A DNA stretch of 64,000 nt from Eledone cirrhosa (Eukaryota), in assembly GCA_964016885.1 (NCBI GenBank), contig CAXHJY010001634.1, forward strand, positions 1 through 64,000, written 5' to 3'. Shown in pieces: positions 46,201 to 61,200 of this stretch. The notes under the pieces are model-generated. The model searched no databases and had not been told where the DNA came from. It saw only the letters and a list, made by a program, of their open reading frames with translations. Made by a program: the position numbers and the translations under genes. How positions within the stretch are numbered: the first letter of the stretch is position 1; each line of letters opens with the position of its first letter.

Positions 46201-49200
46201 ACAACAACAACAACAACAGCGGCACCAATGTCTACAACAACAACAACAACAACGGCACCAATGTCTACAACAACAACAACAGCGGCACCAATGTCTACAA
46301 CAACAACAACAACACCGGCACCAATGTCTACAACAACAACAACAGCGGCACCAATGTCTACAACAACAGCAACAACAGCGGCACCAGTGTCTACAACAAC
46401 AACAGCGGCACCAATGTCTACAACAACAACAACACCGGCACCAATGTCTACAACAACAACAACAACAGCGGCACCAATGTCTACAACAACAACAACAGCG
46501 GCACCAATGTCTACAACAACAACAACAGCGGCACCAATGTCTACAACAACAACAACAGCGGCACCAATGTCTACAACAACAACAACAGCGGCACCAATGT
46601 CTACAACAACAACAACACCGGCACCAACGTCTACAACAACAACAACAACAGCGGCACCAATGTCTACAACAACAACAACAGCGGCACCAATGTCTACAAC
46701 AACAACAACACCGGCACCAATGTCTACAACAACAACAACAGCGGCACCAATGTCTACAACAACAACAACAGCGGCACCAATGTCTACAACAACAACAACA
46801 GCGGCACCAATGTCTACAACAACAACACCGGCACCAATGTCTACAACAACAACAACAGCGGCACTAATGTCTACAACAACAACAACAACAGCGGCACCAA
46901 TGTCTACAACAACAACACGGGCACCAATGTCTACAACAACAACAAAACCGGCACCAATGTCTACAACAACAACAACAGCGGCACCAATGTCTACAACAAC
47001 AACAACACCGGCACCAATGTCTACAACAACAACAACAGCGGCACCAATGTCTACAACAACAACAACAGCGGCACCAATGTCTACAACAACAACAACACAG
47101 GCACCAATGTCTACAACAACAACAACACAGGCACCAATGTCTACAACAACAACAACAACAGCGGCACCAATGTCTACAACAACAACAACAGCGGCACCAA
47201 TGTCTACAACAACAACAACAACAGCGGCACCAATGTCTACAACAACAACAACACCGGCACCAATGTCTACAACAACAACAACAGCGGCACCAATGTCTAC
47301 AACAACAACAACAACACCGGCACCAATGTCTACAACAACAACAACAACAGCGGCACCAATGTCTACAACAACAACAACAACAGCGGCACCAATGTCTACA
47401 ACAACAACAACAGCGGCACCAATGTCTACAACAACAACAACAACAGCGGCACCAATGTCTACAACAACAACAACAGCGGCACCAATGTCTACAACAACAA
47501 CAACAACAGCGGCACCAATGTCTACAACAACAACAACAGCGGCACCAACGTCTACAACAACAACAACAGCGGCACCAATGTCTACAACAACAACAACAGC
47601 GGCACCAATGTCTACAACAACAACAACACCGGCACCAATGTCTACAACAACAGCAACAACAGCGGCACCAATGTCTACAACAACAACAACAACAGCGGCA
47701 CCAACGTCTACAACAACAACAACAGCGGCACCAATGTCTACAACAACAACAACACAGGCACCAATGTCTACAACAACAACAACAACAGCGGCACCAATGT
47801 CTACAACAACAACAACAGTGGCACCAATGTCTACAACAACAACAACAGCGGCACCAATGTCTACAACAACAACAACAGCGGCACAAATGTCTACAACAAC
47901 AACAACACAGGCACCAATGTCTACAACAACAACAACACCGGCACCAATGTCTACAACAACAACATCAGCGGCACCAATGTCTACAACAACAACAACACCG
48001 GCACCAATGTCTACAACAACAACATCAGCGGCACCAATGTCTACAACAACAACAACACCGGCACCAATGTCTACAACAACAACATCAGCGGCACCAATGT
48101 CTACAACAACAACAACACCGGCACCAATATCTACAACAACAACAACAGCGGCACCAATGTCTACAACAACAACAACAGCGGCACCAATGTCTACAACAAC
48201 AACAACAGCGGCACCAATGTCTACAACAACAACAACACCGGCACCAATGTCTACAACAACAACAACAGCGGCACCAATGTCTACAACAACAACAACACCG
48301 GCACCAATGTCTACAACAACAACAACAGCGGCACCAATGTCTACAACAACAACAACAACAGCGGCACCAATGTCTACAACAACAACATCAGCGGCACCAA
48401 TGTCTACAACAACAACAACAGCGGCACCAATGTCTACAACAACAACAACACCGGCACCAATGTCTACAACAACAACAACAGCGGCACCAATGTCTACAAC
48501 AACAACAACACCGGCACCAATGTCTACAACAACAACAACAGCGGCACCAATGTCTACAACAACAACATCAGCGGCACCAATGTCTACAACAACAACATCA
48601 GCGGCACCAATGTCTACAACAACAACAACAGCGGCACCAATGTCTACAACAACAACAACACCGGCACCAATGTCTACAACAACAACATCAGCGGCACCAA
48701 TGTCTACAACAACAACAACAGCGGCACCAATGTCTACAACAACAACAACACCGGCACCAATATCTACAACAACAACAACAGCGGCACCAATGTCTACAAC
48801 AACAACAACAGCGGCACCAATGTCTACAACAACAACAACACCGGCACCAATGTCTACAACAACAACATCAGCGGCACCAATGTCTACAACAACAACAACA
48901 CCGGCACCAATATCTACAACAACAACAACAGCGGCACCAATGTCTACAACAACAACAACAGCGGCACCAATGTCTACAACAACAACAACACCGGCACCAA
49001 TGTCTACAACAACAACATCAGCGGCACCAATGTCTACAACAACAACAACACCGGCACCAATGTCTACAACAACAACATCAGCGGCACCAATGTCTACAAC
49101 AACAACAACACCGGCACCAATATCTACAACAACAACAACAGCGGCACCAATGTCTACAACAACAACAACAGCGGCACCAATGTCTACAACAACAACAACA

Positions 49201-52200
49201 CCAGCACCAATGTCTACAACAACAACATCAGCGGCACCAATGTCTACAACAACAACAACACCGGCACCAATGTCTACAACAACAACAACAGCGGCACCAA
49301 TGTCTACAACAACAACAACACCGGCACCAATGTCTACAACAACAACATCAGCGGCACCAATGTCTACAACAACAACAACAGCGGCACCAATGTCTACAAC
49401 AACAACAACACCGGCACCAATATCTACAACAACAACAACAGCGGCACCAATGTCTACAACAACAACAACAGCGGCACCAATGTCTACAACAACAACAACA
49501 GCGGCACCAATGTCTACAACAACAACAACACCGGCACCAATGTCTACAACAACAACATCAGCGGCACCAATGTCTACAACAACAACAACAGCGGCACCAA
49601 TGTCTACAACAACAACAACACCGGCACCAATATCTACAACAACAACAACAGTGGCACCAATGTCTACAACAACAACAACAGCGGCACCAATGTCTACAAC
49701 AACAACACCGGCACCAATGTCTACAACAACAACAACAGTGGCACCAATGTCTACAACAACAACAACAGCGGCACCAATGTCTACAACAACAACAACAGCG
49801 GCACGAATGTCTACAACAACAACAACAACTCCGGCACCAATATCTACAACAACAACAACAACAGCGGCACCAATGTCTACAACAACAACAACAGCGGCAC
49901 CAATGTCTACAACAACAACAACAACAACAACTCCGGCACCAATATCTACAACAACAACAACAACAGCGGCACCAATGTCTACAACAACAACAACAGCGGC
50001 ACCAATGTCTACAACAACAACAACAGCGGCACCAATGTCTACAACAACAACAACAGCGGCACCAATGTCTACAACAACAACAACAACAGCGGCACCAATG
50101 TCTACAACAACAACAACAACAACAACAGCGGCACCAATGTCTACAACAACAACAACAACAGCGGCACCAATGTCTACAACAACAACAACAACAGCGGCAC
50201 CAATGTCTACAACAACAACAACAACACCGGCACCAATGTCTACAACAACAACAACAACAGCGGCACCAATGTCTACAACAACAACAACAACAGCGGCACC
50301 AATGTCTACAACAACAACAACAACAACAACAGCGGCACCAATGTCTACAACAACAACAACAACAGCGGCACCAATGTCTACAACAACAACAATAACAGCG
50401 GCACCAATGTCTACAACAACAACAACAGCGGCACCAATGTCTACAACAACAACAACAACACCGGCACCAATGTCTACAACAACAATAACAACAGCGGCAC
50501 CAATGTCTACAACAACAACAACAACACCGGCACCAATGTCTACAACAACAACAACAGCGGCACCAATGTCTACAACAACAACAACAACAGCGGCACCAAT
50601 GTCTACAACAACAACAACAACAGCGGCACCAATGTCTACAACAACAACAACAACAGCGGCACCAATGTCTACAACAACAACAACAACAGCGGCACCAATG
50701 TCTACAACAACAACAACAACACCGGCACCAATGTCTACAACAACAACAACAGCGGCACCAATGTCTACAACAACAACAACAGCGGCACCAATGTCTACAA
50801 CAACAACAACAACAACAACAACAGCGGCACCAATGTCTACAACAACAACAACAACAACAACAGCGGCACCAATGTCTACAACAACAACAACAACAGCGGC
50901 ACCAATGTCTACAACAACAACAATAACAGCGGCACCAATGTCTACAACAACAACAACAGCGGCACCAATGTCTACAACAACAACAACACCGGCACCAATG
51001 TCTACAACAACAATAACAACAGCGGCACCAATGTCTACAACAACAACAACAACACCGGCACCAATGTCTACAACAACAACAACAGCGGCACCAATGTCTA
51101 CAACAACAACAACAGCGGCACCAATGTCTACAACAACAACAACAACAACAGCGGCACCAATGTCTACAACAACAACAACAGCGGCACCAATGTCTACAAC
51201 AACAACAACAACAGCGGCACCAATGTCTACAACAACAACAACAACAGCGGCACCAATGTCTACAACAACAACAACAACAGCGGCACCAATGTCTACAACA
51301 ACAACAACAACAGCGGCACCAATGTCTACAACAACAACAACAACAGCGGCACCAATGTCTACAACAACAACAACAACAGCGGCACCAATGTCTACAACAA
51401 CAACAACAACACCGGCACCAATGTCTACAACAACAACAACAACACCGGCACCAATGTCTACAACAACAACAACAGCGGCACCAATGTCTACAACAACAAC
51501 AACAACAGCGGCACCAATGTCTACAACAACAACAACAACAACAACAGCGGCACCAATGTCTACAACAACAACAACAACAGCGGCACCAATGTCTACAACA
51601 ACAACAACAACACCGGCACCAATGTCTACAACAACAACAAAAGCGGCACCAATGTCTACAACAACAACAACAACACCGGCACCAATGTCTACAACAACAA
51701 CAACAACAGCGGCACCAATGTCTACAACAACAACAACAGCGGCACCAATGTCTACAACAACAACAACAACAGCGGCACCAATGTCTACAACAACAACAAC
51801 AACAACAACAGCGGCACCAATGTCTACAACAACAACAACAACACCGGCACCAATGTCTACAACAACAACAACAACAGTGGCACCAATGTCTACAACAACA
51901 ACAACAGCGGCACCAATGTCTACAACAACAACAACAACACCGGCACCAATGTCTACAACAACAACAACAACAGCGGCACCAATGTCTACAACAACAACAA
52001 CAGCGGCACCAATGTCTACAACAACAACAACAACAGCGGCACCAATGTCTACAACAACAACAACAACAACAACAGCGGCACCAATGTCTACAACAACAAC
52101 AACAACACCGGCACCAATGTCTACAACAACAACAACAGCGGCACCAATGTCTACAACAACAACAACAACAGCGGCACCAATGTCTACAACAACAACAACA

Positions 52201-55200
52201 ACAACAACAGCGGCACCAATGTCTACAACAACAACAACAACACCGGCACCAATGTCTACAACAACAACAACAGCGGTACCAATGTCTACAACAACAACAA
52301 CAACACCGGCACCAATGTCTACAACAACAACAACAGCGGCACCAATGTCTACAACAACAACAACAACAGCGGCACCAATGTCTACAACAACAACAACAAC
52401 AACAACAGCGGCACCAATGTCTACAACAACAACAACAACACCGGCACCAATGTCTACAACAACAACAACAGCGGCACCAATGTCTACAACAACTACAACA
52501 ACAGCGGCACCAATGTCTACAACAACAACAACAACAGCGGCACCAATGTCTACAACAACAACAACAACTCCGGCACCAATGTCTACAACAACAACAGCGG
52601 CACCAATGTCTACAACAACAACAACAGCGGCACCAATGTCTACAACAACAACAACAGCGGCACCAATGTCTACAACAACAACAACACCGGCACCAATGTC
52701 TACAACAACAACAACAACACCGGCACCAATGTCTACAACAACAACAACAGCGGCACCAATGTCTACAACAACAACAACACCGGCACCAATGTCTACAACA
52801 ACAACAGTGGCACCAATGTCTACAACAACAACAACACCGGCACCAATGTCTACAACAACAACAACACCGGCACCAATGTCTACAACAACAACAACAACAG
52901 CAGCACCAATGTCTACAACAACAACAACAGCAGCACCAATGTCTACAACAACAACAACAGCGGCACCAATGTCTACAACAACAACAACAGCGGCACCAAT
53001 GTCTACAACAACAACAACAGCGGCACCAATGTCTACAACAACAACAGCGGCACCAATGTCTACAACAACAACAACAGCGGCACCAATGTCTACAACAACA
53101 ACAACAGCGGCACCAATGTCTACAACAACAACAACAGCGGCACCAATGTCTACAACAACAGCAACAACAGCGGCACCAATGTCTACAACAACAACAGCGG
53201 CACCAATGTCTACAACAACAACAATAACAGCGGCACCAATGTCTACAACAACAACAACAGCGGCACCAATGTCTACAACAACAGCAACAACAGCGGCACC
53301 AGTGTCTACAACAACAACAGCGGCACCAATGTCTACAACAACATCAACACCGGCACCAATGTCTACAACAACAACAACAGCGGCACCAATGTCTACAACA
53401 ACAACAACAGCGGCACCAATTTCTACAACAACAACAACAGCGGCACCAATGTCTACAACAACAACAACAGCGGCACCAATGTCTACAACAACAACAACAC
53501 CGGCACCAATGTCTACAACAACAACAACAGCGGCACCAATGTCTACAACAACAACAACAGCGGCACCAATGTCTACAACAACAACAACAACAGCGGCACC
53601 AATGTCTACAACAACAACAACAACAACGGCACCAATGTCTACAACAACAACAGCGGCACCAATGTCTACAACAACAACAACAGCGGCACCAATGTCTACA
53701 ACAACAGCAACAACAGCGGCACCAGTGTCTACAACAACAACAGCGGCACCAATGTCTACAACAACAACAACACCGGCACCAATGTCTACAACAACAACAA
53801 CAACAGCGGCACCAATGTCTACAACAACAACAACAGCGGCACCAATGTCTACAACAACAACAACAGCGGCACCAATGTCTACAACAACAACAACAGCGGC
53901 ACCAATGTCTACAACAACAACAACAGCGGCACCAATGTCTACAACAACAACAACACCGGCACCAATGTCTACAACAACAACAACAACAGCGGCACCAATG
54001 TCTACAACAACAACAACAGCGGCACCAATGTCTACAACAACAACAACACCGGCACCAATGTCTACAACAACAACAACAGCGGCACCAATGTCTACAACAA
54101 CAACAACAGCGGCACCAATGTCTACAACAACAACAACAGCGGCACCAATGTCTACAACAACAACAACACCGGCACCAATGTCTACAACAACAACAACAGC
54201 GGCACCAATGTCTACAACAACAACAACAGCGGCACCAATGTCTACAACAACAACAACAGCGGCACCAATGTCTACAACAACAACACCGGCACCAATGTCT
54301 ACAACAACAACAGCGGCACTAATGTCTACAACAACAACAACAACAGCGGCACCAATGTCTACAACAACAACACGGGCACCAATGTCTACAACAACAACAA
54401 CAGCGGCACCAATGTCTACAACAACAACAAAACCGGCACCAATGTCTACAACAACAACAACAGCGGCACCAATGTCTACAACAACAACAACACCGGCACC
54501 AATGTCTACAACAACAACAACAGCGGCACCAATGTCTACAACAACAACAACAGCGGCACCAATGTCTACAACAACAACAACACAGGCACCAATGTCTACA
54601 ACAACAACAACACAGGCACCAATGTCTACAACAACAACAACAACAGCGGCACCAATATCTACAACAACAACAACAGCGGCACCAATGTCTACAACAACAA
54701 CAACAACAACAGCGGCACCAATGTCTACAACAACAACAACACCGGCACCAATGTCTACAACAACAACAACAGCGGCACCAATGTCTACAACAACAACAAC
54801 AACACCGGCACCAATGTCTACAACAACAACAACAACAGCGGCACCAATGTCTACAACAACAACAACAACAGCGGCACCAATGTCTACAACAACAACAACA
54901 GCGGCACCAATGTCTACAACAACAACAACAACAGCGGCACCAATGTCTACAACAACAACAACAGCGGCACCAATGTCTACAACAACAACAACAACAGCGG
55001 CACCAATGTCTACAACAACAACAACAGCGGCACCAACGTCTACAACAACAACAACAGCGGCACCAATGTCTACAACAACAACAACAGCGGCACCAATGTC
55101 TACAACAACAACAACACCGGCACCAATGTCTACAACAACAGCAACAACAGCGGCACCAATGTCTACAACAACAACAACAACAGCGGCACCAACGTCTACA

Positions 55201-58200
55201 ACAACAACAACAGCGGCACCAATGTCTACAACAACAACAACAACACCGGCACCAATGTCTACAACAACAACAACAGCGGCACCAATGTCTACAACAACAA
55301 CAACAGCGGCACCAATGTCTACAACAACAACAACAACAACAACAGCGGCACCAATGTCTACAACAACAACAACAACAACAACAGCGGCACCAATGTCTAC
55401 AACAACAACAACAACAGCGGCACCAATGTCTACAACAACAACAATAACAGCGGCACCAATGTCTACAACAACAACAACAGCGGCACCAATGTCTACAACA
55501 ACAACAACAACACCGGCACCAATGTCTACAACAACAATAACAACAGCGGCACCAATGTCTACAACAACAACAACAACACCGGCACCAATGTCTACAACAA
55601 CAACAACAGCGGCACCAATGTCTACAACAACAACAACAGCGGCACCAATGTCTACAACAACAACAACAACAGCGGCACCAATGTCTACAACAACAACAAC
55701 AGCGGCACCAATGTCTACAACAACAACAACAACAGCGGCACCAATGTCTACAACAACAACAACAACAGCGGCACCAATGTCTACAACAACAACAACAACA
55801 GCGGCACCAATGTCTACAACAACAACAACAACAGCGGCACCAATGTCTACAACAACAACAACAACAGCGGCACCAATGTCTACAACAACAACAACAACAC
55901 CGGCACCAATGTCTACAACAACAACAACAACACCGGCACCAATGTCTACAACAACAACAACAGCGGCACCAATGTCTACAACAACAACAACAACAGCGGC
56001 ACCAATGTCTACAACAACAACAACAACAACAACAGCGGCACCAATGTCTACAACAACAACAACAACAGCGGCACCAATGTCTACAACAACAACAACAACA
56101 CCGGCACCAATGTCTACAACAACAACAAAAGCGGCACCAATGTCTACAACAACAACAACAACACCGGCACCAATGTCTACAACAACAACAACAACAGCGG
56201 CACCAATGTCTACAACAACAACAACAGCGGCACCAATGTCTACAACAACAACAACAACAGCGGCACCAATGTCTACAACAACAACAACAACAACAACAGC
56301 GGCACCAATGTCTACAACAACAACAACAACACCGGCACCAATGTCTACAACAACAACAACAACAGTGGCACCAATGTCTACAACAACAACAACAGCGGCA
56401 CCAATGTCTACAACAACAACAACAACACCGGCACCAATGTCTACAACAACAACAACAACAGCGGCACCAATGTCTACAACAACAACAACAGCGGCACCAA
56501 TGTCTACAACAACAACAACAACAGCGGCACCAATGTCTACAACAACAACAACAACAACAACAGCGGCACCAATGTCTACAACAACAACAACAACACCGGC
56601 ACCAATGTCTACAACAACAACAACAGCGGCACCAATGTCTACAACAACAACAACAACAGCGGCACCAATGTCTACAACAACAACAACAACAACAACAGCG
56701 GCACCAATGTCTACAACAACAACAACAACACCGGCACCAATGTCTACAACAACAACAACAGCGGCACCAATGTCTACAACAACAACAACAACACCGGCAC
56801 CAATGTCTACAACAACAACAACAGCGGCACCAATGTCTACAACAACAACAACAACAGCGGCACCAATGTCTACAACAACAACAACAACAACAACAGCGGC
56901 ACCAATGTCTACAACAACAACAACAACACCGGCACCAATGTCTACAACAACAACAACAGCGGCACCAATGTCTACAACAACTACAACAACAGCGGCACCA
57001 ATGTCTACAACAACAACAACAACAGCGGCACCAATGTCTACAACAACAACAACAACTCCGGCACCAATGTCTACAACAACAACAGCGGCACCAATGTCTA
57101 CAACAACAACAACAGCGGCACCAATGTCTACAACAACAACAACAGCGGCACCAATGTCTACAACAACAACAACACCGGCACCAATGTCTACAACAACAAC
57201 AACAACACCGGCACCAATGTCTACAACAACAACAACAGCGGCACCAATGTCTACAACAACAACAACACCGGCACCAATGTCTACAACAACAACAGTGGCA
57301 CCAATGTCTACAACAACAACAACACCGGCACCAATGTCTACAACAACAACAACACCGGCACCAATGTCTACAACAACAACAACAACAGCAGCACCAATGT
57401 CTACAACAACAACAACAGCAGCACCAATGTCTACAACAACAACAACAGCGGCACCAATGTCTACAACAACAACAACAGCGGCACCAATGTCTACAACAAC
57501 AACAACAGCGGCACCAATGTCTACAACAACAACAGCGGCACCAATGTCTACAACAACAACAACAGCGGCACCAATGTCTACAACAACAACAACAGCGGCA
57601 CCAATGTCTACAACAACAACAACAGCGGCACCAATGTCTACAACAACAACAACAGCGGCACCAATGTCTACAACAACAACAACAACACCGGCACCAATGT
57701 CTACAACAACAACAACAGCGGCACCAATGTCTACAACAACAACAACAACACCGGCACCAATGTCTACAACAACAACAACAGCGGCACCAATGTCTACAAC
57801 AACAGCAACAACAGCGGCACCAATGTCTACAACAACAACAGCGGCACCAATGTCTACAACAACAACAACAACACCGGCACCAATGTCTACAACAACAACA
57901 ACAGCGGCACCAATGTCTACAACAACAACAACAGCGGCACCAATGTCTACAACAACAACAACAGCGGCACCAATGTCTACAACAACAGCAACAACAGCGG
58001 CACCAATGTCTACAACAACAACAGCGGCACCAATGTCTACAACAACAACAATAACAGCGGCACCAATGTCTACAACAACAACAACAGCGGCACCAATGTC
58101 TACAACAACAGCAACAACAGCGGCACCAGTGTCTACAACAACAACAGCGGCACCAATGTCTACAACAACATCAACACCGGCACCAATGTCTACAACAACA

Positions 58201-61200
58201 ACAACAGCGGCACCAATGTCTACAACAACAACAACAGCGGCACCAATTTCTACAACAACAACAACAGCGGCACCAATGTCTACTACAACAACAACAGCGG
58301 CACCAATGTCTACAACAACAACAACACCGGCACCAATGTCTACAACAACAACAACAGCGGCACCAATGTCTACAACAACAACAACAGCGGCACCAATGTC
58401 TACAACAACAACAACAACAGCGGCACCAATGTCTACAACAACAACAACAACAACGGCACCAATGTCTACAACAACAACAGCGGCACCAATGTCTACAACA
58501 ACAACAACAGCGGCACCAATGTCTACAACAACAGCAACAACAGCGGCACCAGTGTCTACAACAACAACAGCGGCACCAATGTCTACAACAACAACAACAC
58601 CGGCACCAATGTCTACAACAACAACAACAACAGCGGCACCAATGTCTACAACAACAACAACAGCGGCACCAATGTCTACAACAACAACAACAGCGGCACC
58701 AATGTCTACAACAACAACAACAGCGGCACCAATGTCTACAACAACAACAACAGCGGCACCAATGTCTACAACAACAACAACACCGGCACCAATGTCTACA
58801 ACAACAACAACAACAGCGGCACCAATGTCTACAACAACAACAACAGCGGCACCAATGTCTACAACAACAACAACACCGGCACCAATGTCTACAACAACAA
58901 CAACAGCGGCACCAATGTCTACAACAACAACAACAGCGGCACCAATGTCTACAACAACAACAACAGCGGCACCAATGTCTACAACAACAACACCGGCACC
59001 AATGTCTACAACAACAACAGCGGCACTAATGTCTACAACAACAACAACAACAGCGGCACCAATGTCTACAACAACAACACGGGCACCAATGTCTACAACA
59101 ACAACAACAGCGGCACCAATGTCTACAACAACAACAAAACCGGCACCAATGTCTACAACAACAACAACAGCGGCACCAATGTCTACAACAACAACAACAG
59201 CGGCACCAATGTCTACAACAACAACAACAGCGGCACCAATGTCTACAACAACAACAACACAGGCACCAATGTCTACAACAACAACAACACAGGCACCAAT
59301 GTCTACAACAACAACAACAACAGCGGCACCAATGTCTACAACAACAACAACAGCGGCACCAATGTCTACAACAACAACAACAACAACAGCGGCACCAATG
59401 TCTACAACAACAACAACACCGGCACCAATGTCTACAACAACAACAACAGCGGCACCAATGTCTACAACAACAACAACAACACCGGCACCAATGTCTACAA
59501 CAACAACAACAACAGCGGCACCAATGTCTACAACAACAACAACAACAGCGGCACCAATGTCTACAACAACAACAACAGCGGCACCAATGTCTACAACAAC
59601 AACAACAACAGCGGCACCAATGTCTACAACAACAACAACAGCGGCACCAATGTCTACAACAACAACAACAACAGCGGCACCAATGTCTACAACAACAACA
59701 ACAGCGGCACCAACGTCTACAACAACAACAACAGCGGCACCAATGTCTACAACAACAACAACAGCGGCACCAATGTCTACAACAACAACAACACCGGCAC
59801 CAATGTCTACAACAACAGCAACAACAGCGGCACCAATGTCTACAACAACAACAACAACAGCGGCACCAACGTCTACAACAACAACAACAGCGGCACCAAT
59901 GTCTACAACAACAACAACAACACCGGCACCAATTTCTACAACAACAACAACAGCGGCACCAATGTCTACAACAACAACAACAGCGGCACCAATGTCTACA
60001 ACAACAACAACAGCGGCACCAATGTCTACAACAACAACAACAGCGGCACCAATGTCTACAACAACAACAACAACAGCGGCACCAATGTCTACAACAACAA
60101 CAACAACAACGGCACCAATGTCTACAACAACAACAGCGGCACCAATGTCTACAACAACAACAACAGCGGCACCAATGTCTACAACAACAGCAACAACAGC
60201 GGCACCAGTGTCTACAACAACAACAGCGGCACCAATGTCTACAACAACAACAACACCGGCACCAATGTCTACAACAACAACAACAACAGCGGCACCAATG
60301 TCTACAACAACAACAACAGCGGCACCAATGTCTACAACAACAACAACAGCGGCACCAATGTCTACAACAACAACAACAGCGGCACCAATGTCTACAACAA
60401 CAACAACAGCGGCACCAATGTCTACAACAACAACAACACCGGCACCAATGTCTACAACAACAACAACAACAGCGGCACCAATGTCTACAACAACAACAAC
60501 AGCGGCACCAATGTCTACAACAACAACAACACCGGCACCAATGTCTACAACAACAACAACAGCGGCACCAATGTCTACAACAACAACAACAGCGGCACCA
60601 ATGTCTACAACAACAACAACAGCGGCACCAATGTCTACAACAACAACACCGGCACCAATGTCTACAACAACAACAACAGCGGCACTAATGTCTACAACAA
60701 CAACAACAACAGCGGCACCAATGTCTACAACAACAACACGGGCACCAATGTCTACAACAACAACAACAGCGGCACCAATGTCTACAACAACAACAAAACC
60801 GGCACCAATGTCTACAACAACAACAACAGCGGCACCAATGTCTACAACAACAACAACACCGGCACCAATGTCTACAACAACAACAACAGCGGCACCAATG
60901 TCTACAACAACAACAACAGCGGCACCAATGTCTACAACAACAACAACACAGGCACCAATGTCTACAACAACAACAACACAGGCACCAATGTCTACAACAA
61001 CAACAACAACAGCGGCACCAATGTCTACAACAACAACAACAACAGCGGCACCAATGTCTACAACAACAACAACACCGGCACCAATGTCTACAACAACAAC
61101 AACAGCGGCACCAATGTCTACAACAACAACAACAACACCGGCACCAATGTCTACAACAACAACAACAACAGCGGCACCAATGTCTACAACAACAACAACA

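Noticed and set aside
46864-47886. 340-aa minus-strand Cys-rich ORF (HWCRCCCCCR repeats), superficially like a metallothionein or keratin-associated protein
   Set aside because: It is the antisense reading of the repeat. It starts at a TTG made by a private SNP (47885) and ends at a TAG made by the ACTAAT variant. This register is repeatedly broken by stops, and the paralogous stretch 2,847 bp upstream has no start.
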